DNA of 64,000 bases from a bacterium (GCA_021846685.1 JAJZWL010000003.1:17700-81699); one strand, 5' to 3'; positions 28,514 through 39,019 are shown, numbered from the stretch's first letter. Translations and numbers: made by a program. Notes: generated from the letters alone by a model not told the origin.

Positions 28514-29524
28514 ATGAAAAAAAGGATTTTAACTGGAGATAGACCAACTGGACAATTACATATAGGTCATTATGTAGGGTCTTTGAAATCTAGATTAGAA
28601 TTCCAAAATGAATTTGATACCTTGGTATTGATAGCCAATATACAGGCACTGACTGATAATTTTGATGATCCAGCTAAGGTGAATTCCAATATATTAGAGG
28701 TTTTAAAGGATTATATTGCAGTTGGATTAGATCCTAATCTTGTAACTTTTATATTACAGTCTGAAATTTCAGAGATATCAGATTTAACTGTTATATATTC
28801 TAATTTAGTTAGTATATCTAGATTAATGAGAAATCCTACTGTAAAATCTGAAATTATTCAGAAAAAGAATAAATTTTCTAAAGACTCTGTTACTTTTGGA
28901 TTTTTAGGTTATCCTATAAATCAAGCTGCCGATATCACTACATTTATGGCTGATCTTGTTCCTGTCGGAGGTGATCAAGCCCCAATGGTAGAACAAACAG
29001 TAGAAATAGTTAAAAAATTTAATGGAATTTATGGAGATGTATTGAAAATTCCTCAAATTTATATAAGTGAATATCCTAGATTAGTAGGGTTAGATGGTAA
29101 ATCAAAAATGTCTAAAAGTTTAAATAATACAATTAATTTTTCAGACAGCACTGAAATTATAAAGAATAAAATAATGACAATGTATACTGATCCTAATCGA
29201 ATTCATAAAAATGATCCAGGTAGGGTAGAGGGTAATCCAGTTTTTATATATCATAATATTTTTAATACAAATAAATCAGAGGTAAAAGAATTAGAGGCCA
29301 GATACAGAAAAGGTACTGTGGGTGATGTCGAGGTAAAAGAAAGATTATTTGAATCTATTGAGGCATTTATTTATCCTATTAGAGAGACAAGATTATCTTT
29401 GGAGAATAAGGAAGAATACTTATTAGAAATATTAGACCAAGGTACAAAAAGAGGAAAGAAAATTGCATCAGAAACACTGAATAAGGTAAAAGAGGCCTTA
29501 TATTTAAATATTTTAAAAAAATAA
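28514..29524 (+). CDS. trpS: Tryptophanyl-tRNA synthetase
   Basis: TGDRPTGQLHIGHYVG (HIGH motif) and KMSKS motifs. The 336-aa length is typical of TrpRS. Confidence 0.88.
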   Translation: MKKRILTGDRPTGQLHIGHYVGSLKSRLEFQNEFDTLVLIANIQALTDNFDDPAKVNSNILEVLKDYIAVGLDPNLVTFILQSEISEISDLTVIYSNLVSISRLMRNPTVKSEIIQKKNKFSKDSVTFGFLGYPINQAADITTFMADLVPVGGDQAPMVEQTVEIVKKFNGIYGDVLKIPQIYISEYPRLVGLDGKSKMSKSLNNTINFSDSTEIIKNKIMTMYTDPNRIHKNDPGRVEGNPVFIYHNIFNTNKSEVKELEARYRKGTVGDVEVKERLFESIEAFIYPIRETRLSLENKEEYLLEILDQGTKRGKKIASETLNKVKEALYLNILKK

Positions 29525-29528
29525 GATT

Positions 29529-30752
29529 ATGAAAGTTAATTTAGATCCATTAAAAGGTTTTAATGATTATTATCCTGAAAAATATTTTGTCAAAAAATAT
29601 ATTATAGATATTTTGTCAGAGGTATCTAATTCATTTGGGTATTTATATTATGAGGGTCCTATTATCGAAGAAACACTTTTGTATGAAGTTAAGTCTGGGC
29701 AATCAATAGTAGAGGAGGCTTATTCTTTTATAGATAGAGGAGATAGAAGAGTGACTCTACGTCCTGAAATGACACCTACTTTAGCAAGAATGTTGGCTTC
29801 TAAGTCTGTTAATTATAAAAAACCTATTAGGTGGTATTCTATTCCTGTGTTATTTAGAAATGAGAATCCTCAGAAAGCTAGACAGAGAGAGTTTAGTCAA
29901 TATAATGTAGATATTATAGGCACTTCATCTAGCAAATCTGATATAGAAATTTTAGAAATTTCCATGAATATAATGCGAAAGTTAGGATTTAATGATGATG
30001 ATTTAGAAATATTAATTAATAACAGAGAGATTGCGTATAGAATATTAACTAAATATACTGATGATATAAATTCTCTTATTAAGGTAATAGATAAAAAAAA
30101 TAAGCTTTCAGAATCAGAATTTATTGATTTAGTAGGGAAAAATGTTAAAAATGTACATTATATTGATAAAATAATGACTTATTTAAATAATCCAGAAGAA
30201 GATATAGATGAAGAAATCACTAAATTTATAGGTGAAGCTTCTAAATTTAATTTAAATCTTATCTATGATCCTACAATAGTTAGAGGATTAGATTATTATA
30301 CGGGAAATGTTTTTGAAATTTGGGATAAGAAAAGATTAATTAAACGTGCTATATTTGGAGGAGGGAGATATTCTAATTTAATATCTACTTTGGGAGGAGA
30401 AAATGTAGATTCAGTAGGTATTGCTTGTGGAATTGAAGTATTAATACCTTTACTTGAAGCGTATGATAAACTTCCAAAATTAGATATTTCCTATGATTAT
30501 TTTGTTTCAACTTTTGAAAATATAGATGATAGTTTATATCATAATATTGTCTCTAAATTAAGGAGTAAAAATAATTCAGTTATATATAATGTTAATAATG
30601 ATTGGAATTTAAAAAAGCAACTGGAATATGCGTTAAGTATTAATGTTAAGAACTTTATTATATTAGGAGAAAAAGAGTTAGCAGATAATTCTATTTTAAT
30701 TAAAAATTTGGGGAAAAATACAGAGAATAAGATATTAATTAAAGATTTATGA
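29529..30752 (+). CDS. hisS: Histidyl-tRNA synthetase
   Basis: Class II motifs, LRPEMTPTLARM, RGLDYYTGNVFE and GGGRYS. Confidence 0.85.
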   Translation: MKVNLDPLKGFNDYYPEKYFVKKYIIDILSEVSNSFGYLYYEGPIIEETLLYEVKSGQSIVEEAYSFIDRGDRRVTLRPEMTPTLARMLASKSVNYKKPIRWYSIPVLFRNENPQKARQREFSQYNVDIIGTSSSKSDIEILEISMNIMRKLGFNDDDLEILINNREIAYRILTKYTDDINSLIKVIDKKNKLSESEFIDLVGKNVKNVHYIDKIMTYLNNPEEDIDEEITKFIGEASKFNLNLIYDPTIVRGLDYYTGNVFEIWDKKRLIKRAIFGGGRYSNLISTLGGENVDSVGIACGIEVLIPLLEAYDKLPKLDISYDYFVSTFENIDDSLYHNIVSKLRSKNNSVIYNVNNDWNLKKQLEYALSINVKNFIILGEKELADNSILIKNLGKNTENKILIKDL

Positions 30753-32224
30753 ATGATTTAATCCTTTATCAACAATATAGACCTCAAAAATTTACAGATC
30801 TTATTGCAAGGGAATCTGTATCTAAAGTTTTAATGAATGAAATTTTAAATAAAAATATTGCAAATGCATATATATTTTTTGGTAATAAAGGAACTGGAAA
30901 AACTTCTATAGCAAGAATCTTTTCTAAGGCTATTAACTGTTTAGACTTAGAAAAAAATGGAGATCCATGTAATAAATGTGTTAATTGTGTCGCTATTAAT
31001 GATTCAAATTTTATGGATTTATTAGAAATTGATGCTGCCTCTAATAGGGGAATTGATGATATCAGAGAGCTTAAGGATAAGATTCAATTTGCTCCTGTTA
31101 TGGGGAAATATAAAATTTATATTATTGATGAAGTTCACATGTTAACAAAGGATGCTTTTAATGCTTTATTAAAAACATTAGAAGAACCGCCTAAAAATGT
31201 AGTATTTATTTTAGCAACAACTGAGATTAATAAAGTTCCAGAAACAATTATATCGAGATGTCAGAGATTTGATTTTTTGAATGCCTCATATCAGGATTTG
31301 TCAGATCAATTAAATAAAGTTATTAAGTTAGAAAAAATAAAAATTGATGATTCTATAAAAGAATTAATTATTACTGTAGCTGATGGTAGTTTTAGAGATA
31401 CTATGACAAATCTTCAAAAAGTATTAGCTATATATAGTGAAAATTTAACATATAAAGATGTTGTGACAATACTTAATTTCCCGGATATAGAATTTATTAA
31501 AATTATATGGAAAGATCTTTTTGAAGGAAATTTAGATACTATATTAGATAATTTTGAAAAAAATACAATAAATATAATATCCTTTATTAAGAATTCTTTA
31601 GATTTTATAAAGAAAGTGCTAGTTAATAGGACTTTAAGTAAAAAATATTATGACATTGATGATGAAATATTTGAAAATATATCAACTCAAAAAATATTAA
31701 ATATAGTGAATATTTTAATAAAAACATTAGATGATATTAGAGTGTCGTCATCTGATTTAGTATGTTTAGAGATATCATTTATATTTATGATGCAAGATTT
31801 AAATATAGAATATAAAGCGCCAGTTCAAAATAAAAGTAAATCCTTGGAAACTAAAATTGATTTAAAAAAAACGGTATTAATAACAGAAGATAATATTTTA
31901 TCAGTGAAATTACGTAATAATTGGACTGAAATTATAGAGAAATCTAAAGTATTTAATCATCATATGAGTGGGTTTTTATCAAAATCAGCTTTTTCTTTTG
32001 ATGATAAAAAATTAATAATAATAGTTCCTTTTGCTTTTTATAGAGATATGTTGATAGAGGTTAAAAGTAAGGAATATTTATCTTCTTTGATCAAGGAAGT
32101 TATAGGAGATGATTTTGTTTTAGATTGTATTGTTGATAAAAAAGTAAAACCAATAGTATCAGTTTCTCAACAAAAGAATGTAGATGAAGATGACATAAAA
32201 GAGCTATTTGAAATAGATTCATAA
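30749..32224 (+). CDS. dnaX: DNA polymerase III subunit gamma/tau
   Basis: An AAA+ Walker A (GNKGTGKTS), a zinc module CNKCVNCV, and a following ybaB-recR pair. Confidence 0.85.
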   Translation: MNDLILYQQYRPQKFTDLIARESVSKVLMNEILNKNIANAYIFFGNKGTGKTSIARIFSKAINCLDLEKNGDPCNKCVNCVAINDSNFMDLLEIDAASNRGIDDIRELKDKIQFAPVMGKYKIYIIDEVHMLTKDAFNALLKTLEEPPKNVVFILATTEINKVPETIISRCQRFDFLNASYQDLSDQLNKVIKLEKIKIDDSIKELIITVADGSFRDTMTNLQKVLAIYSENLTYKDVVTILNFPDIEFIKIIWKDLFEGNLDTILDNFEKNTINIISFIKNSLDFIKKVLVNRTLSKKYYDIDDEIFENISTQKILNIVNILIKTLDDIRVSSSDLVCLEISFIFMMQDLNIEYKAPVQNKSKSLETKIDLKKTVLITEDNILSVKLRNNWTEIIEKSKVFNHHMSGFLSKSAFSFDDKKLIIIVPFAFYRDMLIEVKSKEYLSSLIKEVIGDDFVLDCIVDKKVKPIVSVSQQKNVDEDDIKELFEIDS

Positions 32225-32283
32225 TTTTAAATTTATCTATTTTTGTGTTATTATAATAATGATTATTTTAGAATATTAATGCA

Positions 32284-32589
32284 ATGGCAAACCCTTTTTC
32301 TCAAGCAAAAGATCTATATAAATTACAAAGTGAAGCTAGAAAGCTTCAGAAAGATTTAGAGTCAAAAATATTTAAAGGTGAATCTAAAAAATCTTTAATT
32401 AAAATTTCTTTAAATGGTACTGGAGAAATAATGGATCTAGAGGTTGATGATATATTATTTGATAAAGATAGAAAGGCCGACTTCATAATACACATTAAAG
32501 AAGCATACAAAGATGCACAGAAAAAAATTGCGAAAGATATGTCTAAAGACATGGATCTTTCAAAATTAAAAAATATGATGGGTATGTAA
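32284..32589 (+). CDS. ybaB: Nucleoid-associated protein YbaB/EbfC
   Basis: The 101-aa YbaB family pattern, in the conserved dnaX-ybaB-recR position. Confidence 0.8.
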   Translation: MANPFSQAKDLYKLQSEARKLQKDLESKIFKGESKKSLIKISLNGTGEIMDLEVDDILFDKDRKADFIIHIKEAYKDAQKKIAKDMSKDMDLSKLKNMMGM

Positions 32590-33207
32590 TTGTTTATGGA
32601 TAATAAAACTCCTATTTCTATTTTATCTGAAGAATTTTCCAAATTGCCTGGTATAGGTAGTAAAACTGCAATGAGAATGGCATACTTCTATGTACATCAT
32701 AAACATAATATACAGCCATTAATTAATGCTCTCGAAAAAGTATCTAGTAATTTAGATAAATGCGTTATTTGCAATATTATTACTAATAAAAATAGTAATC
32801 CTTGTCAATATTGTGCCGATGAAATGAGAAATAAGAATTTAATTTGTATTGTTGAAAATGATACTGATGTAGAACATATAGAAAAATCTAATTCTTTTAA
32901 AGGTGTATATCATATTTTAGGAGGACTAATATCTCCTTTATCAAATATTTCATCTAATGATATAGAATTATTATCATTAAAGAAAAGATTAGATGGAAGT
33001 ACAGATAATTTTGAAATAATTATTGCTACAAATTTTACTACAGAAGGAGAAGCGACGGGTTTATTTATAAGACAATATTTGAAAGATTTTAATAATATAA
33101 AATTTTCTAGGCTTGCCAGTGGTCTTCCTTTTGGTTCTAATCTTGAATATGTAGATTCTTATACAATAGGGAAAGCCATAGATAGGAGGATTGAGTATGA
33201 CAGTTAG
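32590..33207 (+). CDS. recR: Recombination protein RecR
   Basis: A helix-hairpin-helix (LPGIGSKTAMRMA), a C4 zinc finger (C..C...C..C) and a Toprim domain. Confidence 0.88.
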   Translation: MFMDNKTPISILSEEFSKLPGIGSKTAMRMAYFYVHHKHNIQPLINALEKVSSNLDKCVICNIITNKNSNPCQYCADEMRNKNLICIVENDTDVEHIEKSNSFKGVYHILGGLISPLSNISSNDIELLSLKKRLDGSTDNFEIIIATNFTTEGEATGLFIRQYLKDFNNIKFSRLASGLPFGSNLEYVDSYTIGKAIDRRIEYDS

Positions 33208-34582
33208 ATTGAATGACTCTTTTTCAAATATTAAAGATTTTAATCCAATAGAAAATAATAAAGTTAAGATTTATACTTGTGGTCCAACAGTACAAAGTTA
33301 TATCCACATCGGTAATCTTAGAGCTTATATTCTTTCTGACATATTAAAGAAATCTCTACAATATATTGGTTTTGAGATAGATGATGCAATGAATATTACA
33401 GATGTTGGTCATTTAACTACAGATGGAGATGAGGGGGAAGATAAATTAGAAAAAAAATCAAAAGAAGAAAATATTTCGATAAATAATATTATAGATAGGT
33501 ATACTAATTATTTTTATCAGACTATTGCCAGGATGAATGTGACTAAAACTTCAAAGATGTATAAAGCTTCGGAGACAATAGATACTCAAATCGAAATGAT
33601 TAAGATTTTAGAAAAAAAAGGATTTGCCTATAAAACTACTACTGGTGTTTATTTTGATATTTCTAAATTTAAAGATTATTCAGATCTTATTAATCAAAAA
33701 AGTAAAGACCAGAAAAAAGTTTCTAGAAATACTGTAGTTGAAGATAAGACAAAAAAGAATGCGCAAGATTTCAGGTTATGGCAAACGGCATACCCAGAGC
33801 ATATTATGCAATGGGATAGTCCTTGGGGAAGAGGTTTTCCAGGATGGCATATTGAATGTTCTGCTATTATTTATAAAGCATTAGGAGAAAATATAGATAT
33901 ACATACAGGAGGAATAGATCTCAGGAATACTCATCATGTTAATGAAATAGCTCAGAGTAAGTCTGCATTTGGGGGAGAGTTTGTTAATCATTGGATTCAT
34001 AACGGTATTGTATTAATAGATGGTGTGAAGATGTCTAAAAGTTTAAATAATATATATAAAATAGAAGATATTGAGAGTAAAGGGTATAATATTTTATCGT
34101 TAAGATATTTATATTTGAATGCTCATTATTCAATTCCTATCAATTTTACATTTGAATCTTTGAAATCTGCAGAGAATGCTTTAAATAGAATATATAATTT
34201 TATTAAAATTAATAAAAATCTTTATCAAAAAGACAGTGTCCCAAATGAAAAATACAAATTAAAATTTATTGAACAGATAGAAAATAATATAAATACTCCT
34301 GGAATGTTGGATGTGTTATGGGGTGTTATTCGGGATACTAAATTAGATATATCAGAGAAGTTAATTACTATATTAGATTTTGATAGGGTTTTATCTTTAG
34401 ATTTTGAGAAATATTTTAATATAGATATCCCTGAGGATATAATTGGTCTATTAAATAAAAGAAATATTTTAAGGAGCGATAAGCAGTGGAAAGAGTCTGA
34501 TGAGATAAGAGATGTAATTAATGAAAAGGGTTTTAGAATTATAGATTTAAAAGATAAATCTTTTGTAATAAAGAATGGATAA
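33191..34582 (+). CDS. cysS: Cysteinyl-tRNA synthetase
   Basis: CGPTVQSYIHIGN (HIGH motif), KMSKS, and the Cys-binding W..PWGRGFPGWHIEC. Confidence 0.88.
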   Translation: MSMTVRLNDSFSNIKDFNPIENNKVKIYTCGPTVQSYIHIGNLRAYILSDILKKSLQYIGFEIDDAMNITDVGHLTTDGDEGEDKLEKKSKEENISINNIIDRYTNYFYQTIARMNVTKTSKMYKASETIDTQIEMIKILEKKGFAYKTTTGVYFDISKFKDYSDLINQKSKDQKKVSRNTVVEDKTKKNAQDFRLWQTAYPEHIMQWDSPWGRGFPGWHIECSAIIYKALGENIDIHTGGIDLRNTHHVNEIAQSKSAFGGEFVNHWIHNGIVLIDGVKMSKSLNNIYKIEDIESKGYNILSLRYLYLNAHYSIPINFTFESLKSAENALNRIYNFIKINKNLYQKDSVPNEKYKLKFIEQIENNINTPGMLDVLWGVIRDTKLDISEKLITILDFDRVLSLDFEKYFNIDIPEDIIGLLNKRNILRSDKQWKESDEIRDVINEKGFRIIDLKDKSFVIKNG

Positions 34583-35912
34583 AAAAATTAAAGATAAAAT
34601 ATCTAAAGATATATATGACATTTCTTACACATTAAAATCTAAAGGTTTTAATGTGTATTTAGTAGGTGGATCAATAAGGGATATATTCCTTAATAAGGAT
34701 ATTGATGATTATGATTTAGCAACTGATGCTACTCCTGATCAGTTAAAAAAAATTTTTCCTAAAGCTATTTTATTTGGAGAAAAATTTGGAACAATAATGT
34801 TAATAATTGATAATAATAGAGTAGAAATTACTACACTTAGGAAAGAATCAGATTATGATGATGGGAGGCATCCATCTAAAGTTTCTTTTATTAAAGATAT
34901 AAATGAAGATTTAAAAAGGCGTGACTTTACCGTAAATGCAATAGCTTTTGATCTAATAAATTTTAATATTATAGATCTTTTTAATGGAGAAGGTGATATT
35001 ACAAAAAAAATAATAAGAGCAGTAGGAAATCCAGATGCAAGGTTTGAAGAAGATGCATTAAGATTATTGAGAGCAGTTAGATTTTCTCTAAAATTAGGAT
35101 TTAAAATAGAGCAGAATACATATAATTCAATTAAAAAGAATGCTCACTTGATTGAATTTATTTCTAAAGAAAGAGTAAGAGATGAATTTTTGAAAATTAT
35201 TTCTGGGGATAATTCATCAAAAGGTATAGAATTATTAAGAGAGACAGGACTTCTACAATACATAATGCCAGAATTGTTAGTATGTGTAGGTGTAATACAA
35301 AATAAATTTCACTCTTTAGATGTATATAATCACTTATTACTCTCAATGGACAAAGCTGATGAGAAAATTAAATTGGTAGCATTACTTCATGATATAGGAA
35401 AACCTCAAACAAAGGAGGGTGAACATTTTTTTGCACATGAAAAAGTTGGAGCTGATATTGCTAGAAATATATTGACTAGATTGAAATTCCCAAAAGAAGA
35501 GATATATATGACTTGTAAATTAATTCAATTGCATCTCTTTTTTTATAATGATAGCTGGTCAGATGGAGCAGTAAGAAGGTTTTTAAGAAAAGTGGAAGAT
35601 GATAAGTCTTTAGAATTATTATTTTTATTAAGGGAAGCTGACGAAAAAGGAAATCCTATATCAACTTATGATTTTAATAATTTAGAGAAATTAAAAAAAA
35701 GGATTCAAAAAATTAAAGAAAAAGATAGATTTATGAGTATAAAAGATTTAAAAATTAATGGTTATGATTTAATGAAAATTGGGTATCAAAAGGACAGATT
35801 TTTAGGAGAGACTTTAAATCTTTTATTAGATGCTATAATAGAAGATCCTAGTATAAATACCAAAGAAAGTTTATTGGCTATTGCTAAGGATAAATTAGAT
35901 CATTTTGTATAA
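34575..35912 (+). CDS. cca: CCA-adding tRNA nucleotidyltransferase with HD domain
   Basis: Pol-beta NTase head (GGSIRD..DYDLAT, RRDFTVNA) plus an HD motif (HD..K). Confidence 0.85.
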   Translation: MDKKIKDKISKDIYDISYTLKSKGFNVYLVGGSIRDIFLNKDIDDYDLATDATPDQLKKIFPKAILFGEKFGTIMLIIDNNRVEITTLRKESDYDDGRHPSKVSFIKDINEDLKRRDFTVNAIAFDLINFNIIDLFNGEGDITKKIIRAVGNPDARFEEDALRLLRAVRFSLKLGFKIEQNTYNSIKKNAHLIEFISKERVRDEFLKIISGDNSSKGIELLRETGLLQYIMPELLVCVGVIQNKFHSLDVYNHLLLSMDKADEKIKLVALLHDIGKPQTKEGEHFFAHEKVGADIARNILTRLKFPKEEIYMTCKLIQLHLFFYNDSWSDGAVRRFLRKVEDDKSLELLFLLREADEKGNPISTYDFNNLEKLKKRIQKIKEKDRFMSIKDLKINGYDLMKIGYQKDRFLGETLNLLLDAIIEDPSINTKESLLAIAKDKLDHFV

Positions 35913-35915
35913 TAT

Positions 35916-36959
35916 ATGTCTTTAAAAGTTGGAATAGTAGGTATCCCTAATGTTGGAAAATCAACATTATTTAATGCTTTAACAAATAATGCAGTACCAT
36001 CTGAAAATTTCCCGTTCTGTACTATAGATCCAAATGTGGGGATAGTATATGTTGATGATGATAGGTTAACTCAGATTAATGAGATAGTGAAATCAAAGAG
36101 TGTTGTTAAAGCAGATATAACATTTATTGATATAGCTGGTCTTATTAAAGGTTCTTCTAAAGGAGAAGGATTGGGTAATAAATTTTTATCACATATTTAT
36201 GATATTGATTTGATATTAGAGGTTGTAAGAGATTTTAAAAATGATAGTATTATTCATATTGAAAATTCTATTGATCCTAAAAGGGATATAGATATAATAA
36301 AGACAGAATTAATATTAAAAGATTTAGATACATTAAAGAAATTAAAAGAAAATTCATCAAAAGAACTTAAAAAAGATCCTACTTATAGTCAGGATATATT
36401 AATATTTAATAAGTTAGAAGAAATATTAGATAAAGGTGATTTGATTTTCAATCATGATTTTAGTATTAGCGAAAAGATAGTTTTAAAAAAATATAATTTT
36501 TTAACCAATAAAAAATTTATATATTTATATAACTCAGAGGAATATCAATCTCATATTGATGGAAATTCTATTTATATGAATATATTATTTGAATATGAAC
36601 TTTCTAAGATGTCTGAAGAGGAGAAACAGTTATTTATGGAAGATTTATCTATCAAAAGTGCAGGGTTAAGTATATTAACTAAATTTGCATTTGATAAGGT
36701 GGGATTGCAAGTATTTTTTACAGCAGGAGAGAAGGAAGTTAGATCTTGGGTTATTAAAAAAGGTACTAATGCACCAGATGCTGCATCTGTAATTCATACT
36801 GATTTTAAAAAAAATTTCATAAAAATGGAAGTAGTATCTTTTGATGATTTTATAAAATTTAAAGGTTGGAATAATGCAAAAGAAAATGGAGCATTAAAAA
36901 TAGTTGGATCAGATTATATTTTGAACGATGGAGATGTAATAATAGTAAGACATTCTTAG
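35916..36959 (+). CDS. ychF: Ribosome-binding ATPase YchF
   Basis: GIVGIPNVGKSTLFNALT G1 motif plus a C-terminal TGS domain. Confidence 0.9.
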   Translation: MSLKVGIVGIPNVGKSTLFNALTNNAVPSENFPFCTIDPNVGIVYVDDDRLTQINEIVKSKSVVKADITFIDIAGLIKGSSKGEGLGNKFLSHIYDIDLILEVVRDFKNDSIIHIENSIDPKRDIDIIKTELILKDLDTLKKLKENSSKELKKDPTYSQDILIFNKLEEILDKGDLIFNHDFSISEKIVLKKYNFLTNKKFIYLYNSEEYQSHIDGNSIYMNILFEYELSKMSEEEKQLFMEDLSIKSAGLSILTKFAFDKVGLQVFFTAGEKEVRSWVIKKGTNAPDAASVIHTDFKKNFIKMEVVSFDDFIKFKGWNNAKENGALKIVGSDYILNDGDVIIVRHS

Positions 36960-37002
36960 GATTCATTCATTATTAATCTTTTAAGAATAGTATATTAATT
37001 AT

Positions 37003-37415
37003 TGGAGATGGTGGGAATCGAACCCACATCCATGAAGATATATGTATATATGGAATTACAAGTTTATCAATTTAATTTAAATTATCATTTTTATATTGAC
37101 AAATCTATGATAATTTTAATATTTAGAGAGTTATGTTTTCGTGTTATAGTCCAATATTAAGAACTAACAACCTTGAGCTTGATATTGTTTAAGCAAGATA
37201 AAACTTACAAGCATATGTCTCATCTTACTCTAAGTTTATTATGCTAAACTTAGATTGTATTGTGGAACAGCAAGTTTTGCTTTTAAATTAGCAAAAAATT
37301 CAGCCACTTTACTTTTTGTATTATTTACATTTATTGTTTTAATAATTTTTAAAAGATTATCAAACTTTACTTGCTATATATACATCTATTTTTCTTGTCA
37401 AAACCGGTCATCCCC
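37003..37415 (-). ncRNA. ssrA: Transfer-messenger RNA (tmRNA, SsrA), about 413 nt; not in the ORF track
   Basis: The minus strand begins GGGGAUGACCGGUUUUGACAAG, matching the tmRNA 5' consensus GGGGnUGA..GG.UUCGAC. It ends GGAUGUGGGUUCGAUUCCCACCAUCUCCA, a T-arm plus acceptor. The acceptor pairs with the 5' end through a G3:U70 wobble, the tRNA-Ala identity element. An internal frame ..AKLAVPQYNLSLA ends in tandem UAA UAA. Confidence 0.7.
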
Positions 37416-37507
37416 TAGTTTCTTAAGATTAATGTAAAAACGGATATATAAGTATATATTATATTATAAAAGGGCAAAATATAACAACTTTTAATTATAT
37501 CATAATT

Positions 37508-38104
37508 ATGGTAATCTTTCAATTAGGTATGTTTAATAATAAAAGTCATAAAGGGAGTATTAATTTGTTAAATAATATAGAAGAACCCAGGGATTCTTCT
37601 GAATTATTTTATACGTGGGTTGTGAATTATGGTAGATATATATTAATAGGTGTTGAAATTATAGTTATTATAGTTTTTGTATCAAAAATATTAGTTGACC
37701 AAGAGTATAATTATGCAATTTCCACATCATATAGTATGCAAAGCAAATTTAAATCAAAATCACTTCAGAACAAGGTGAATTTAATAACTAGTTATCAAAA
37801 TAAAATGAGTACAATTGTTGGTTTATCTCAAGTTAGGTTTAATTATGAATATACCCTAAATAAGATATTAACACTAATTCCTAAAGGAATTAGTGTGCAA
37901 TCAATAGATATTCAATATAATAATTTTAATATTGTAGGGGTTTCTAATAATTATAATTCATTACAAAAATTATTAGATAAATTTAAGTCAGACAGTAAAG
38001 ACTTTAGTAAAGTATATTTGCCATCTTTGTCTAATTCAGTTAATTTAAATCAAACTAATAATGTATCATTTTCTTTGTCTGGTAATATTAATTTAAAGCA
38101 TTAA
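37508..38104 (+). CDS. PilN-like type IV pilus assembly protein (candidate)
   Basis: An N-terminal INLL motif is followed by a single TM helix and a periplasmic domain of about 130 aa. The size and topology fit PilN. Confidence 0.35.
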   Translation: MVIFQLGMFNNKSHKGSINLLNNIEEPRDSSELFYTWVVNYGRYILIGVEIIVIIVFVSKILVDQEYNYAISTSYSMQSKFKSKSLQNKVNLITSYQNKMSTIVGLSQVRFNYEYTLNKILTLIPKGISVQSIDIQYNNFNIVGVSNNYNSLQKLLDKFKSDSKDFSKVYLPSLSNSVNLNQTNNVSFSLSGNINLKH

Positions 38105-38764
38105 TTGTATTTTATGGAGTATTTGAATATAAAAAAAACTAGGGATTATTTTACTACTAAATTTCAAAATAAAAGATATAGATTCTATTATTATTTGACT
38201 TTATCTTTAATAACTATATTAGTATTCATTGTATTTGCAATATATCCCACTATTAATCAAATATTTCAAGAATTAAATACAATTACTATAATTAATGGTC
38301 AAAATACGCAAATGCAAAGTAGATATAGTGAAATAAATAGTACTTATAGTCAATATAAAACTTTAGTTGTTCCGAATAAAGAGATATTTTCCAATTCACT
38401 TCCTAATAATAAGAATACTGGTTATATATTTGCTAATTTATATCAAATTATGAAAAATAATAATTTGAGTCTAAATACTATATCTTTTAATTCTTCTTCT
38501 CATTTATCAAGTATAGAACCTCTTTTCCCAATTGTTGCCAATAGTAGTTTAGGTATATTTAATATATCAATTTCTTCCTCAGGAACATATAACTCATATT
38601 TATCTTTTTTGTCGACATTATCTAAGTATCCTCAAAAAATATTAGTTTATAACTTATCTTTTTCACCAAATTCACAAAATTCTTCCGTTAATGGAGTTTC
38701 TGTGAGTAATTTGTTAAAAACTCAAGGAAGTGTAAGTTTTGAGGCGTTGGTATTTTATTATTAG
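38105..38764 (+). CDS. PilO-like bitopic membrane protein (candidate)
   Basis: An N-terminal TM helix is followed by a predicted coiled coil and an alpha/beta domain, and the gene is translationally coupled to the upstream gene. Confidence 0.3.
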   Translation: MYFMEYLNIKKTRDYFTTKFQNKRYRFYYYLTLSLITILVFIVFAIYPTINQIFQELNTITIINGQNTQMQSRYSEINSTYSQYKTLVVPNKEIFSNSLPNNKNTGYIFANLYQIMKNNNLSLNTISFNSSSHLSSIEPLFPIVANSSLGIFNISISSSGTYNSYLSFLSTLSKYPQKILVYNLSFSPNSQNSSVNGVSVSNLLKTQGSVSFEALVFYY

Positions 38765-38773
38765 TTAAAAAAT

Positions 38774-39019
38774 ATGAAAAAAGTATTAAGTATAGTAATT
38801 TTAACTTTTGTAGTAGTGTTATTGTGGATAGCATTTTCGATATATTCTATATATATAAAGAAAGAGTCACTAATTAATGTCCCTCAGTCATATATGCAAT
38901 CATTTAATACTCAAATGTATAGTTCTCAGTTTAAAATATTATTGAAAAATCAAAGTTATTTATGTGTGACTAAAGAGTTTAAATCAAAAAAATGTTTAAA
39001 TTCAAGTATTGTTAATTAA
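38774..39019 (+). CDS. Small single-pass membrane protein, hypothetical
   Basis: 81 aa with an N-terminal TM helix. It is the third gene of the same cluster. Confidence 0.3.
   Translation: MKKVLSIVILTFVVVLLWIAFSIYSIYIKKESLINVPQSYMQSFNTQMYSSQFKILLKNQSYLCVTKEFKSKKCLNSSIVN

Noticed and set aside
36960-37060. Apparent 3' tRNA fragment (GTGGGTTCGATTCCCAC + acceptor) without a 5' half nearby
   Set aside because: It is not a tRNA pseudogene. It is the tRNA-like 3' domain of the tmRNA, whose matching 5' acceptor strand lies about 400 nt away at 37409-37415.
37255-37437. 60-aa + strand ORF
   Set aside because: It lies entirely inside the minus-strand tmRNA and is of low complexity.
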